This document shows positions 16,495-26,228 of a DNA stretch of 64,000 nt, piece after piece. The position numbers and the translations under genes were made by a program. The notes beneath the pieces are model-generated. The model saw nothing but the letters and a program-made list of their open reading frames with translations. It did no database searches and was not told where the DNA came from. Position 1 is the stretch's first letter, and each line of letters begins with the position of its first letter. The DNA is from an uncultured bacterium (GTDB lineage: Bacteria > Planctomycetota > UBA1135 > GCA-002686595), in the NCBI GenBank assembly GCA_943787795.1, contig CALSNU010000004.1:448001-512000 (forward strand). The letters run 5' to 3'.

Positions 16495-19400
16495 CTTCCG
16501 GCCTCCAGCGCCTCGAAGTAACGCTCCAGCGACTCCTGGAATTCCACCGGGATCTTGGAGGGCTCGCCGCGGGCGGCGCGCTTCATACCCCGCTCATCGC
16601 CCTGCTCCTTGTCCCCCACCGAGCGACCGCTGAGCGCCAGCGCAGCAGAGGCCTTGGTCCCGCCATTCCCGCCTCCGGGCGACGCGCTGCTCTTCCCCCC
16701 GCCCCCGCTGCTGCCGCCGGCACGGCGCGACTGAAGGAGTAGCTCGATGGCCTCGGTCTCCGCCGCCAGGGTCTCACGGCCAGTCTCCGCCACCGCCATC
16801 AGCTCCGCCGCCTCCACCATCGCCCGCCGCGCGGTCGCCATCATTCGAATCTCCGTCCCGAACGTCCGAGATCCATCGGGCAGCTTGCGCATCCGGTTCA
16901 TGACATCGTCGAGACGGTCCGCCAGGTCTCCTTGCTGACCGGAGAGCTCCGTGGACCTCTCACGGTGCCCCGCCTCTTCGAGCGCCGACTTCGCCTGCTC
17001 CGCTTCGCGGGTCTTGTCCCGCAGGATCATCTCTCCCTCGGTGATCCGCAGGACCTCCAGGATGATCTCGGGCGGAAGGCTCTCGTCGTTGGTGCCGCCC
17101 TCTTCCTCCTGGTCCTCCGGGGGCGCCTCGGCCGGCGGTACGAGCTCGTCGCCCCAGCGATCGAGGCGATCCGAGAGGTAGCCTGCGAGCATCACGGCCT
17201 GCCCAGGGCGGCCCGCTGCAGCGCTCGCGGCGACCTCACCGGCCAGGAACGCGGGCCGTGTTCGGGTCCACTCCGCCACGACCCTGAGGAGCCGCGGCGC
17301 GCCCTCGTCCCCGCGGTAAGTGAGCCGGTCGGCATAGGCGTCAAGGTCCGTGAAGAGCGCCTTGAGTCGCCGGCCCTCCAGCGCCTCGAGGGCGCCGAGC
17401 TCCTCGTTAGCCACCGCGACAGCAGGACGCTTCAGGGAGCCTGTGGACCCAAAGGCCTGCGCCACGGGCAGCGTCAAGCGCTCCACTCCCTCCGCCTGGG
17501 CGCGGCTTGCCATCTTCATGCGCTTGACCAGGGTGCTGGCCTCCAGGCGCGCGAGGAGCTCCTGGAAGGGGAGCGCCAGCTCATTGAACGACTCCACCAG
17601 CTCGCGCTGCGCCGCCACAGCCTCGGCGAGCTGCTGGGCCGTCATGCTGCGCGAGCTCTTCTCCTCGACCGGCTGCTCCTCCTCCGGCGTCGGCGGGTCG
17701 CCCCCGCCGCTCGCCCCGGGCACCGTCGTCCCGACCAGGCCCAGCGAGCCGGGTCCGCTCGGCGCGTCGGTCGGACCGGGCTCCGCCGACTGGGGACTCT
17801 CCTCGCCTTCCGCGAGGCTCGACTCCACGTCAAGGAGGGTGGGGGTCGGGTCGAACGGCGACTCCTCCTCGGCTCCAGCAGCCTCGGCCTCGTCCTCGCT
17901 CGGGGGAGCCGCGCCGCCGCTCCCACCCGCCCGGATCACCCCGGCGGAGCTCGCCTCGCGTCCTCCCGGCGTATCCGCGGTGGCCGCCGCCTGGGCGGCG
18001 CTGGCGAGCAGCTCAGAGACGGCCTCCATGTCCTTCTCCGCGAGCTCTTCGAGCCCCTCTCGAGCATCGGACCACATCTTGAGGTCAGCCGCTTCAACAG
18101 ACTCGTTCAGGGCCGCCTCGTCGAGCAGCTCCCCGCCTTCGGCGACGAGCGCGCCGAGCTTGGACTGGTTCCGGCGCTCCGCGACGACCTGGTCTTCGAG
18201 CATGGCCTGGACTTCGGCCGAGCCCAGCTCCGCGTCGGTCATGGCCAGCAGGGTCTCGTTGGTGGCCAGCAGCTCCAGCTCGCGGTCGCGGATCTCTGCC
18301 GCCTCCTCGATCCAACGGTCCATCCTCCGGCTCACCCACTTCAAGTGCTCCGCCTCGTCCATGACCGTGAGCTGGACCGGCGCAGAGTAGACCCGCTCCC
18401 GGCCGGGGAGTGAGTCCATGGCCCACGCCCGCAGCTCCAGGGCGCCGGGCTCGATGCCCAGGTCCACGGGGCTCAAGGTCGCGAAGGCCTCCGCCCGCGG
18501 CTGCCCCGGCTCCTGAGCCAGCAGCACCTTCTCGCCCAGCGAACGGGGCTCGGCTCCCGGCTCCGCAGCGGGCTCGAACCACTCGAGCCCACAGCGGTCC
18601 ACGCCGAGATCATCCACCACCAGCACGTCAAAGGTGAGCGCTCCGAGCTCGAGCAAGACCGGATCGGGCTCGATCCCAACCATGGAGACCTGGGGCGGGG
18701 CATCCACCACGGGTCGCACCGAGAAGCGGAAGGGGCGCGGCCCCACCAGGCCAAACTCATCCACCCAGGAGATCTCCTGGACCACGGACTCGCCCGCCGC
18801 GACGCAGGCGAGGGGTTCGCCCTCGAGGCGCAGCCTCACGGTGTCGGTCTCGGCGTCGACCGCGCGCGAATCACGGCTGAAGTCGAGCTGCAGCCTCACC
18901 TCGCTCCCCACCACGGCAGAGAGCGCGCCGCCGCTCACGTCTCGCTCCAGCGGCTCCGGGATCCCGAGGTATTCGGGGAGGTGCACCCTCGCCGTCGCGG
19001 CCACCACCTCGGGCCGAGGCAGAGGGCAGAGCAGGACGCGCCGGCGCAGGTCGCCGATGACGAGCAGCGCTGACTGCTCCCCGGCGAGGGGAGGCACCTC
19101 GAGGGTGTAGCCGCCGGCGACCCGCGCTCCTTGGAGGGTCTCCCTTTCGAGCCGCAGCTCCGCCCGGTCCGGGCGCGATCGAGTGTCCTCGGCCAGCTCG
19201 AGGCGGACCGGCCACGCCTCCTGGATCGGCAGCACCCAGCGCCCCTGCGCCCCATCCACCCGGGTGAAGGTGAAGCGCTCCACCTCACCGAAGGGCAGCG
19301 CCCAGCGCTGGAGTGCGTTGAGACCCACCTCGGGGAGTCGCACGAAGAGCGCGAGCATCACGGTGACCGGGAGCAGGAGCCAACGCGTGAGGAGCTGGTG

Positions 19401-19916
19401 CCGGGAGACGGGGAGCGCGTGGGCCAGGGACTTGCCCCCTAGGTCGCGCTCACCGCGGCGAATCGCGGCGCGGACGAGCTCCGGGCTCCGCCGGAACTCC
19501 TCGGGATCCGTCGCGAGCTCGAGGATGCCGAGCAGCCGGTCTCCCGTGCGCGGGTCCCGGGTCGCGACCTCACGGGCGATCGAACCGACAGTGCGGTGTC
19601 GCAGCACCCATCGGGTCAGCGTCCGGGGAAGAGCGGCCGCGAGTGAGCCACACGCGACGAAGAGGAGCGCGGCTCGGAGGAGCGACGGCGTATCGAAGAG
19701 TCGATCGATCCCCGCGGCGGTCAGGAAGGAAGCGCCCCCCACGAGCCCGCAAAGGGCAGCAGCCTCCCACAGCTTCTCCCGTCGCATCCGGGCGCGGAAC
19801 GCCCGAAGCGAGCGGTCGATGCCCTCGGGGAAGGGAGGGCCGCTGCCGTCGGAGATCATGGGTCGGTCGTCGCGGGGCGGATCGCCGCCCGCGTGGACAT
19901 GTTGGCTGGGCTCCAT
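16491..19916 (-). CDS. Large membrane-anchored Ig-like/coiled-coil protein (DUF4175-like) of the BatA/vWA operon
   Basis: TAATG overlap at 19914-19918; 3 TM segments, DRL...LEL, P.YLG, acidic low-complexity linker, C-terminal IPVEFQESLERYFEALE. Confidence 0.75.
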   Translation of the reverse strand: MEPSQHVHAGGDPPRDDRPMISDGSGPPFPEGIDRSLRAFRARMRREKLWEAAALCGLVGGASFLTAAGIDRLFDTPSLLRAALLFVACGSLAAALPRTLTRWVLRHRTVGSIAREVATRDPRTGDRLLGILELATDPEEFRRSPELVRAAIRRGERDLGGKSLAHALPVSRHQLLTRWLLLPVTVMLALFVRLPEVGLNALQRWALPFGEVERFTFTRVDGAQGRWVLPIQEAWPVRLELAEDTRSRPDRAELRLERETLQGARVAGGYTLEVPPLAGEQSALLVIGDLRRRVLLCPLPRPEVVAATARVHLPEYLGIPEPLERDVSGGALSAVVGSEVRLQLDFSRDSRAVDAETDTVRLRLEGEPLACVAAGESVVQEISWVDEFGLVGPRPFRFSVRPVVDAPPQVSMVGIEPDPVLLELGALTFDVLVVDDLGVDRCGLEWFEPAAEPGAEPRSLGEKVLLAQEPGQPRAEAFATLSPVDLGIEPGALELRAWAMDSLPGRERVYSAPVQLTVMDEAEHLKWVSRRMDRWIEEAAEIRDRELELLATNETLLAMTDAELGSAEVQAMLEDQVVAERRNQSKLGALVAEGGELLDEAALNESVEAADLKMWSDAREGLEELAEKDMEAVSELLASAAQAAATADTPGGREASSAGVIRAGGSGGAAPPSEDEAEAAGAEEESPFDPTPTLLDVESSLAEGEESPQSAEPGPTDAPSGPGSLGLVGTTVPGASGGGDPPTPEEEQPVEEKSSRSMTAQQLAEAVAAQRELVESFNELALPFQELLARLEASTLVKRMKMASRAQAEGVERLTLPVAQAFGSTGSLKRPAVAVANEELGALEALEGRRLKALFTDLDAYADRLTYRGDEGAPRLLRVVAEWTRTRPAFLAGEVAASAAAGRPGQAVMLAGYLSDRLDRWGDELVPPAEAPPEDQEEEGGTNDESLPPEIILEVLRITEGEMILRDKTREAEQAKSALEEAGHRERSTELSGQQGDLADRLDDVMNRMRKLPDGSRTFGTEIRMMATARRAMVEAAELMAVAETGRETLAAETEAIELLLQSRRAGGSSGGGGKSSASPGGGNGGTKASAALALSGRSVGDKEQGDERGMKRAARGEPSKIPVEFQESLERYFEALEAGR

Positions 19917-22255
19917 TACACCCTCCCCGCCGCCTTTCGGCCGATCCAGAGCGCGGTCATCAACACCGCCGCTGCGAGGCCAAAGAGCGGGTGACCCCAG
20001 AGTCGCACGCGAGTGACCAGGGGCGCAGGCGTCGGCAGGTCCGAGAGCCGCGCGCCGATCGCGCCGGATGAGAGCTGCTCGAGAACGTCGCCGCCGCTGA
20101 TCCGCGCGACCTCCGCCAGGACATCGGGGCGCGCGGGCCGCCCCACCCGCTCCCGCGGACGCGCGGTCACCGAGATCTCGGCCTCGAGGGTCGAGTCCGT
20201 CTCTTCGCACCGGAGCAGCACCTGGTGGCGCCCCCCCTCGACCGGCCGCCAGCTCGCAGAGTACAGGCCCCAGGCCGGCTGGTCGCCCGCCCTGGACGGC
20301 TGGGTGAACCGGATCCGCTCGACCTTCCCGGACGGCGACTCGATCCGCGCCGTGACCGCCGCTCCATCGATGGGCCCGCCCCCCTGCGAGTCCATGACGT
20401 TGGCGTTGAGGGCGACCGTCGTCCTCGCCTTCGGCCGGTCGGGCGCGAAGAACAGCCGCATGGACTCCCCGACGTTCATGTTCCGCTGGTACGCCATCCA
20501 CCGGATGACCTGGCCCCAGAAGCGGTAGTGGTAGAGGTCTTCAAAGCCCTCGCGCCAGCGCCACGCGCCGTCGGTCCCCATGAAGAGCACCTTCCCCGTT
20601 CGGGCCGGGCGCGTCACGAGGAGCTGGCGTCGTCCTGTCCTCCCGATGCTGTCGGGGTGGACGCCGAGGACCTGAGCGCCCGCGCGCGCCCGCTCGACCG
20701 CGGCGTACCACTGGAACCCGGGGAGCTCTGACCAGAGGTAGGTGTTGGCCACGGTCTCGGGGATCAGCCGCGTCAATCCGCTGCTCAGGCCCGCCGTCGT
20801 CAGCCGGAGCCGCGCCGGCGTGGCCGCGCCGTAGCCCCTCGGCCGCGAGGAGTCCAGGTCCACGGGGTAGAGCTCCCCGAGCGCGCTCTCCTGGAGTTCG
20901 AGGTGCCCACCACCAAAGCCAGGCATGAGGATCAGCCCCCCCGCCTGGTCACGCACGACCCCCGCGATGTTCTCGCACTGCTCCAGCGTCAGGCCGTCCG
21001 GGCCGAGCCCCACGTCACCGATGAAGATCACGTCGTACTCGCCGAGCAGCTCCTTGGAGGGGAAGGCCTCGAGGTAGTGCGGCCCGCCACCCCTGGTGGG
21101 CATGCCAGGCAGCGTGAGGTAGCAGTCCACCTCGACGCCAGGGTCCCGCACGAGCGCGTTGCGGAGGTAGCGGTACTCCCAGCGCGGGAAGCTCTCCACG
21201 AGCAGTACGTCGAGGGACTCCTCCCGGACGTCGAGCTCGATCGTGCGCGTGTTGTTCTCCAGGTCCAGCTCGCCGGGGACGGGGTCCACGGTGATCGTCA
21301 GCGAGACCCGGCCCGGCACCGTGGGGAGGAACTCCAGGATCTCCGTCGTGATCCGGCGCGCGGGCAGCGCGATGCCCCTGGACTCCACGAGGCCATCCGG
21401 TCCGGCGAGCGAGATCCTCGCGGGGACCTCACGCGGCATCGCGCTCTCCAAGGAGACCGGGATCTCGAGACGGCGGCCCACGATCGCGAACGCTGGGGGC
21501 TCCACGGGCTCGAGGGCCACGTCCGGCTGCTGGTCCTGGCTCCCCACCGTCGAGGTGAAGATCGGCACGTCCGCGAGCCGGTAGCGGACGGCCGCCTCGA
21601 ACGGGCTCTCACCCTCCGTCCAGTCGCCGTCGGATGCGAGGAGCACCACCCGCAGGGCTGGATTGTCGAGCAGCCGGTCCAGGGGACCGGCGAGGTCCGT
21701 CCCGCGCTCCTCCGCGGAGACGTCCCCATCGACAGGGTCCACCACCGCCGACAGCGGCGTGACGATCAGGTCGAAGCGGCCTCCAGCCGAGGCCTCAACG
21801 GCCGCCGCGCCGCTCGCCTCGAGCTCGGCCACGGTCCTGGCCAGCGCGTCGGCCCGGCTCATGAGCCCCGCCTCCCCGGAGGCGCCCCCCGCGGTCGCGG
21901 TCCCTGCCGGGGTATCTCCCCCGAGCACGTCGACCGTGTCTTCCCCAAGCACGACCGCCGGGTCTCCCCCAGGCACGTCCACCGTGGCCATGCTCCGGGA
22001 GTCATCCCACAGCACAGCCACCAGGGCGCGCTCCGACGGGACCTGGCTGCGGACCCACTCGGGACCCAGCAGGGCGAGGAGCACGAGCGCGATGAGGGCC
22101 GTCCGGATCACCTCCACAAAGAGCACCGCGGGCCGGCCCCCGCTCCGCCTCCAGGCGCGGACGCCGAGGGCGGCCACCACGAGCGTCAACCCGATGCAAC
22201 CCCCGACCAGGACCGGATCGGTGACCTGGAATTGAATCCCCGTCGACACGTTCAC
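19916..22255 (-). CDS. vWA-like plus glutamine-amidotransferase-like domain membrane protein
   Basis: GTGA overlap at 22252-22255; DDSRSM (MIDAS-like), GTDL, SDG, PRWEYRYLRNAL, YDVIFIGDV, TDGAWRWR, RFWGQVIRW. Confidence 0.85.
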   Translation of the reverse strand: MNVSTGIQFQVTDPVLVGGCIGLTLVVAALGVRAWRRSGGRPAVLFVEVIRTALIALVLLALLGPEWVRSQVPSERALVAVLWDDSRSMATVDVPGGDPAVVLGEDTVDVLGGDTPAGTATAGGASGEAGLMSRADALARTVAELEASGAAAVEASAGGRFDLIVTPLSAVVDPVDGDVSAEERGTDLAGPLDRLLDNPALRVVLLASDGDWTEGESPFEAAVRYRLADVPIFTSTVGSQDQQPDVALEPVEPPAFAIVGRRLEIPVSLESAMPREVPARISLAGPDGLVESRGIALPARRITTEILEFLPTVPGRVSLTITVDPVPGELDLENNTRTIELDVREESLDVLLVESFPRWEYRYLRNALVRDPGVEVDCYLTLPGMPTRGGGPHYLEAFPSKELLGEYDVIFIGDVGLGPDGLTLEQCENIAGVVRDQAGGLILMPGFGGGHLELQESALGELYPVDLDSSRPRGYGAATPARLRLTTAGLSSGLTRLIPETVANTYLWSELPGFQWYAAVERARAGAQVLGVHPDSIGRTGRRQLLVTRPARTGKVLFMGTDGAWRWREGFEDLYHYRFWGQVIRWMAYQRNMNVGESMRLFFAPDRPKARTTVALNANVMDSQGGGPIDGAAVTARIESPSGKVERIRFTQPSRAGDQPAWGLYSASWRPVEGGRHQVLLRCEETDSTLEAEISVTARPRERVGRPARPDVLAEVARISGGDVLEQLSSGAIGARLSDLPTPAPLVTRVRLWGHPLFGLAAAVLMTALWIGRKAAGRV

Positions 22256-24285
22256 TCCTCGACCCCCCTGGGCGCGCTGCCCTCCGGGGCGCAGAGCAGC
22301 AGCTCCGCGATCAGGGCGCCGAGCACCAGGAAGAGGAAGATCCTCCACACCTCGTCCAGCAGGGAGCCGCCCGCGGTGGCCGTCCGGGTCGTGGTCACCA
22401 CCACGTCGAGCGGCGCGAGGCTCTCGGTCAGGGCCTCCTCCGGCAAAGAGCGTGAGGCGTCCTCGGCCAGCGGGCGATTGAGGGCGACAAAGGCCTCGCC
22501 GTCGGTGAGCACCCCCGCCCTGCGACCCCGCTCGGCGAGCGAGTCGGGCCGGTCGCTCGCGGCAACCGACCAGCGCTCCTCGAGCCAGCGCTTGTCCGCG
22601 CTCGCGACCTGCTGCTCCTCGGACCCGAGCGCGGCCGCGGCCTGATCGAGCGCGCGGTGCACCACCGCCATGAAGACGATCCCCTGGGTGGCGAGGTCGC
22701 TGGACCTCGACTCGGGCAGGGTCCCCATGAAGTACGCGGCGCCGCGCCCCAGCGCGGACTTGGTCATCAGGGCCTGGCCGCCGTCCAGCCCAGCGATGGG
22801 GATCCGGGCCACGGGAGCCTCCCCCACCGCTCGAATCGAGCACACCCGGCGCAGCGTCACCTCTCCCACAGGGAGCGGCGTCCCGTCCGCGCCCGACGCG
22901 AGCAGGTCAGCGTCCGCGCGCCAGGTCTTCACCGCGCTGTCGCGAGCCTCCTGTTCCACGAGGCCCCACTGGCCCCAGCCCAGGCCAGCAAAGGACCCAC
23001 CGGCGGGCACAGGGGGCGGGAGGAAGAGGACCACCCCGCCGGCCTCACAGAAGCGCTTCACCTCCGCCGCGGCCTCCCCCTCGGGGAGCGGTGCCTGCCA
23101 CGCGAGGAACGTCACGCCATCAAGGTCCACGTCGGCCTCCAACCCGGAGGCGAGCTGCCGGACCTCGTGGATCACGTCCGGACCCGCCGGCGACTTCGCG
23201 GCCACCGAGACGACGGCTCCCACCGCCGGCGACTGTGCGAGCACCGCCGTCTCGATCACCGGCGTGCTGCCGAAGGAGAACCAGAACCGATCGTCGCCAG
23301 CCCGCCGATCTGCGGGGAGGGCCACCGCGCCGTAGCCCGATTCCAGCTGCGGGTCGATGGCGACTCGGTGCCCCACCAGCCGGCCCTCTTTTCCCGTCAG
23401 CTCGACCTCCACGGTGGTCCGGGCGCCGCCCACCTCGATGGCCACCGGCACCCGCATGGCGGTATCGCCGCTGGCGTCGGTGGCTGCGGCCCTGGTGACC
23501 ACCAGGTCCAGCACCAGCGCAGCGGCCTCGCCCTCCGACTCTCGGCGGACGCTCACCACCCGGATCGAGAGGTTGTCGCCTGCGACCTCCGGGAACGTCG
23601 TGAGCCGCACCCGAGCCCCGCCCCCGCCGCTGACACCCGTGAGTTCCTGCGCCACGGCCTCCCACCGGCCGTCCTCAGGGCTCCAGTCCTCCCGCTGCGC
23701 ATCGGTCAGCGCCCAGACCTCGGCCCGTCCGGCGCCCGCCTCCTCGATGTAGCCCGCGGCGGTCTCGAAGGCCGCCACGAGCTCGCTGCTCGCCGACGTC
23801 GCCTCGTTGAAGCCAAGCGCCGACAGGGCATCGATGCTCTCGGGGCGCAGCACCTCGCTCGGCCGCGTGGCGTCGATCACGATGAGCTCGCGGGGCGACG
23901 CGACCGCGAGCGCGTCACTGGCGCCGCGCAGGCCAAACGCCAGCTTGGTCTCGGGGAGCCCGCCCACCTCCTCCCCCATGCTGCTCGAGCGATCGACGAT
24001 GAGGACCACCTGGTCGAGCCGCTCGCCCGCGACCCGGGCGGCCCACCCGCCGGCGATGGGCCGTCCGAGCGTCAACAGCAGCGCGAGCACCGCGAGTGTC
24101 CTGGCCGCCAGCAGCAGGAACTCCCGGAGCCGCTGCCGCCCGCGGGAGGAGCGCTCGCCGTCGAGCAGGAACATCATCGCGCCCCACTCCACGACGCGGT
24201 GACGCCGACGATGAAGGAGGTGCACGACGACCGGCAGCGCCACGAGCGGGAGGGCGAAGAGCGCGATGGGCTGAAGGAGGTTCAT
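22252..24285 (-). CDS. BatA N-terminal domain plus vWA-like protein
   Basis: MNLLQPIALFALPLVALPVVVHLLHRRR...WGAMMFL is the BatA signature; DRSSSM, TDAQ; ATGA overlap with the DUF58 gene. Confidence 0.88.
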   Translation of the reverse strand: MNLLQPIALFALPLVALPVVVHLLHRRRHRVVEWGAMMFLLDGERSSRGRQRLREFLLLAARTLAVLALLLTLGRPIAGGWAARVAGERLDQVVLIVDRSSSMGEEVGGLPETKLAFGLRGASDALAVASPRELIVIDATRPSEVLRPESIDALSALGFNEATSASSELVAAFETAAGYIEEAGAGRAEVWALTDAQREDWSPEDGRWEAVAQELTGVSGGGGARVRLTTFPEVAGDNLSIRVVSVRRESEGEAAALVLDLVVTRAAATDASGDTAMRVPVAIEVGGARTTVEVELTGKEGRLVGHRVAIDPQLESGYGAVALPADRRAGDDRFWFSFGSTPVIETAVLAQSPAVGAVVSVAAKSPAGPDVIHEVRQLASGLEADVDLDGVTFLAWQAPLPEGEAAAEVKRFCEAGGVVLFLPPPVPAGGSFAGLGWGQWGLVEQEARDSAVKTWRADADLLASGADGTPLPVGEVTLRRVCSIRAVGEAPVARIPIAGLDGGQALMTKSALGRGAAYFMGTLPESRSSDLATQGIVFMAVVHRALDQAAAALGSEEQQVASADKRWLEERWSVAASDRPDSLAERGRRAGVLTDGEAFVALNRPLAEDASRSLPEEALTESLAPLDVVVTTTRTATAGGSLLDEVWRIFLFLVLGALIAELLLCAPEGSAPRGVEE

Positions 24286-25211
24286 CGGCGCCCCCCCTTG
24301 CCCGCTCTGGCCAGCAAGTAGGCCGCGACGCCGCTCGCGATGTCCTGGTCCAGGAAGGTCTCCCGAAGGTCGACGTCCGCGGCGAGCGCGATGGAGGCCA
24401 GGGCGCTCCGGTGGCGACGCCAGGCGGCCAGGTACCGCGAGGCCACCATCGACGGGTCTGCGAGGACGGGCGCACCGCCTTCGGGGTCCACAAAGCGCGT
24501 GGCCTCCTCGAAGCGAAACTCCGACTCGTCGCGGTCGACGATCTGAAATGCGCTCGTCTCGTGCCCCCGATAGCGGAGGTGCTGGAAGGCGTCGCGGAGA
24601 CCTCCGGGATCCATGAACAGGTCCGAGAAGACACAGACCAGGGCCCGCCGCCCCGTCCGCTCGGCCACATCGTGGAGCACCTCCACGAGGCGGGTGGGCC
24701 CACCAGGCTCGATCCTGGCCATCTCGCCGGCGAGCACCCGCAGGTGCGAGGGCCTTCGGCGGGATGGGATGCGGACGGTCTCGCCCTCCGCGGCGATCGT
24801 CACCCCCGCGGCGTCCCCCTGCCGAATCGCCAGCTGCGCGATCGAGGCCGCCAGGCGGCAGGCCAGCTCGTACTTCGTCAGCGGCCCTGCTCCGTGTTGG
24901 CCGGAGTAGCGCATGGACCCGCTCCCATCGATCACGAGAACAAGCCGCAGGTTCGTGTCCGCCTCGAACTCCTTTACGAAGTGTCGATCCGACCGCCCGT
25001 ACACGCGCCAATCGAGCCGCCTGAGGTCGTCCCCGGGCACATAGTCGCGGTACTCCGCGAACTCGACGCTAGAGCCGCGGTGCGGGCTGCGGTGCCGGCC
25101 GGACACCGACCCGATCTTCGCCCGCCTCGCCACGAGAGGGATCTGGCCGACCCGCGCGAGCACGGCGGGATCAAGCATCGCGGCGAGCGCCGCGGCTTCC
25201 TTCGCGCTCAT
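24282..25211 (-). CDS. DUF58 family protein (usually MoxR-associated)
   Basis: GRHRSPHRGSSVEFAEYRDYVPGDDLRRLDWRVYGRSDRHFVKEFE, DGSGSM, FSD. Confidence 0.93.
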   Translation of the reverse strand: MSAKEAAALAAMLDPAVLARVGQIPLVARRAKIGSVSGRHRSPHRGSSVEFAEYRDYVPGDDLRRLDWRVYGRSDRHFVKEFEADTNLRLVLVIDGSGSMRYSGQHGAGPLTKYELACRLAASIAQLAIRQGDAAGVTIAAEGETVRIPSRRRPSHLRVLAGEMARIEPGGPTRLVEVLHDVAERTGRRALVCVFSDLFMDPGGLRDAFQHLRYRGHETSAFQIVDRDESEFRFEEATRFVDPEGGAPVLADPSMVASRYLAAWRRHRSALASIALAADVDLRETFLDQDIASGVAAYLLARAGKGGRR

Positions 25212-25510
25212 CTGCAGGATCCCTCCGACACAGGCCGCGCGACCGGTTCAAGCGAGCTACGGAGGAAGGTCATGCGCTGGAGGGAGGACGGCTCCCCGAT
25301 GGCTATTAGACGAGAAGTCCGCCCATCGAGGCACGTCCGTCCCCGCGGAGCGGCCCGTTTGCCCAAGGCTGACCGAGCCCGCTGCCGGCCCCTCAGGGGG
25401 GGCCAGCCGTGTCGATTCGAGTCACTCCGCGAAACGGGCCGCCGCCGCTCAAGCTCGGGGCCCCGGCTGACCGTTCTCTCCAGCGGCGCCGACCTACGGC
25501 CCAGACCGCC

Positions 25511-26215
25511 ATGAAGTACTCCGATCGAATCAGCCTGCTCTCGCTCCTCGTCGCCCCCCTTGCCGCCTGCCAGTCGAGCGGGTACATGTCCTCGGTCGCG
25601 CTGACCGGCGCGCAGAGTCGCCAGCACGTGGTGGAGGCCATCAGCGAGGGCGTCACGGAGCAGGGGATGGCCAGGGACGAGTTCGTCTCCGCGGGGCGCA
25701 TGCTCGCGAGCATCCAGACCGCCAGCGAAGCAGCAGCCTCCGAGCTCTACTCCGAGTACCTCGACCAGATCGATCTCTGCGCCCGCCGCGTTGAGAGCTT
25801 CGAGGACCAGATCAAGGTCGTCCAGTCCGGCGCGGAGGAGCTGTTCGTCGACTGGGAGGCCGAGCTCGAGCAGTTCACCAGCGAGGCGATCCGAGAGCAG
25901 AGCTCTCGCCGGCTCGACGCCGCGCGCAGCGGCTTCGCGCTCCTGCACGATGAGCTCACGGGCGTCCACGGACAGATGATTGCCAGTCTCTCCACCCACA
26001 AGGACTACGCCCTGTACTTCAACCACAACCTCGCCGGCTCCAGCAGGGAGCTCCTCGGCAGCGAGAACGGTCGCTTCAAGGCGACGATCGCCGCCATGAG
26101 CAAGGACTGCAAGGTCGTGGAGGCCGACGCTCAGACCTTCAACGAGCGACTCTCCGGCGCACCTGAAGCGGCCCCCGAACCCGCCACGGCCGCGGCGCCC
26201 GAGAGCACGCCCTGA
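25511..26215 (+). CDS. DUF2959 family lipoprotein
   Basis: Lipobox LAAC; AEELFVDWEAELEQF...IREQS, LYFNHNL. Confidence 0.8.
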   Translation: MKYSDRISLLSLLVAPLAACQSSGYMSSVALTGAQSRQHVVEAISEGVTEQGMARDEFVSAGRMLASIQTASEAAASELYSEYLDQIDLCARRVESFEDQIKVVQSGAEELFVDWEAELEQFTSEAIREQSSRRLDAARSGFALLHDELTGVHGQMIASLSTHKDYALYFNHNLAGSSRELLGSENGRFKATIAAMSKDCKVVEADAQTFNERLSGAPEAAPEPATAAAPESTP

Positions 26216-26228
26216 GCGGCGCGCGGGT

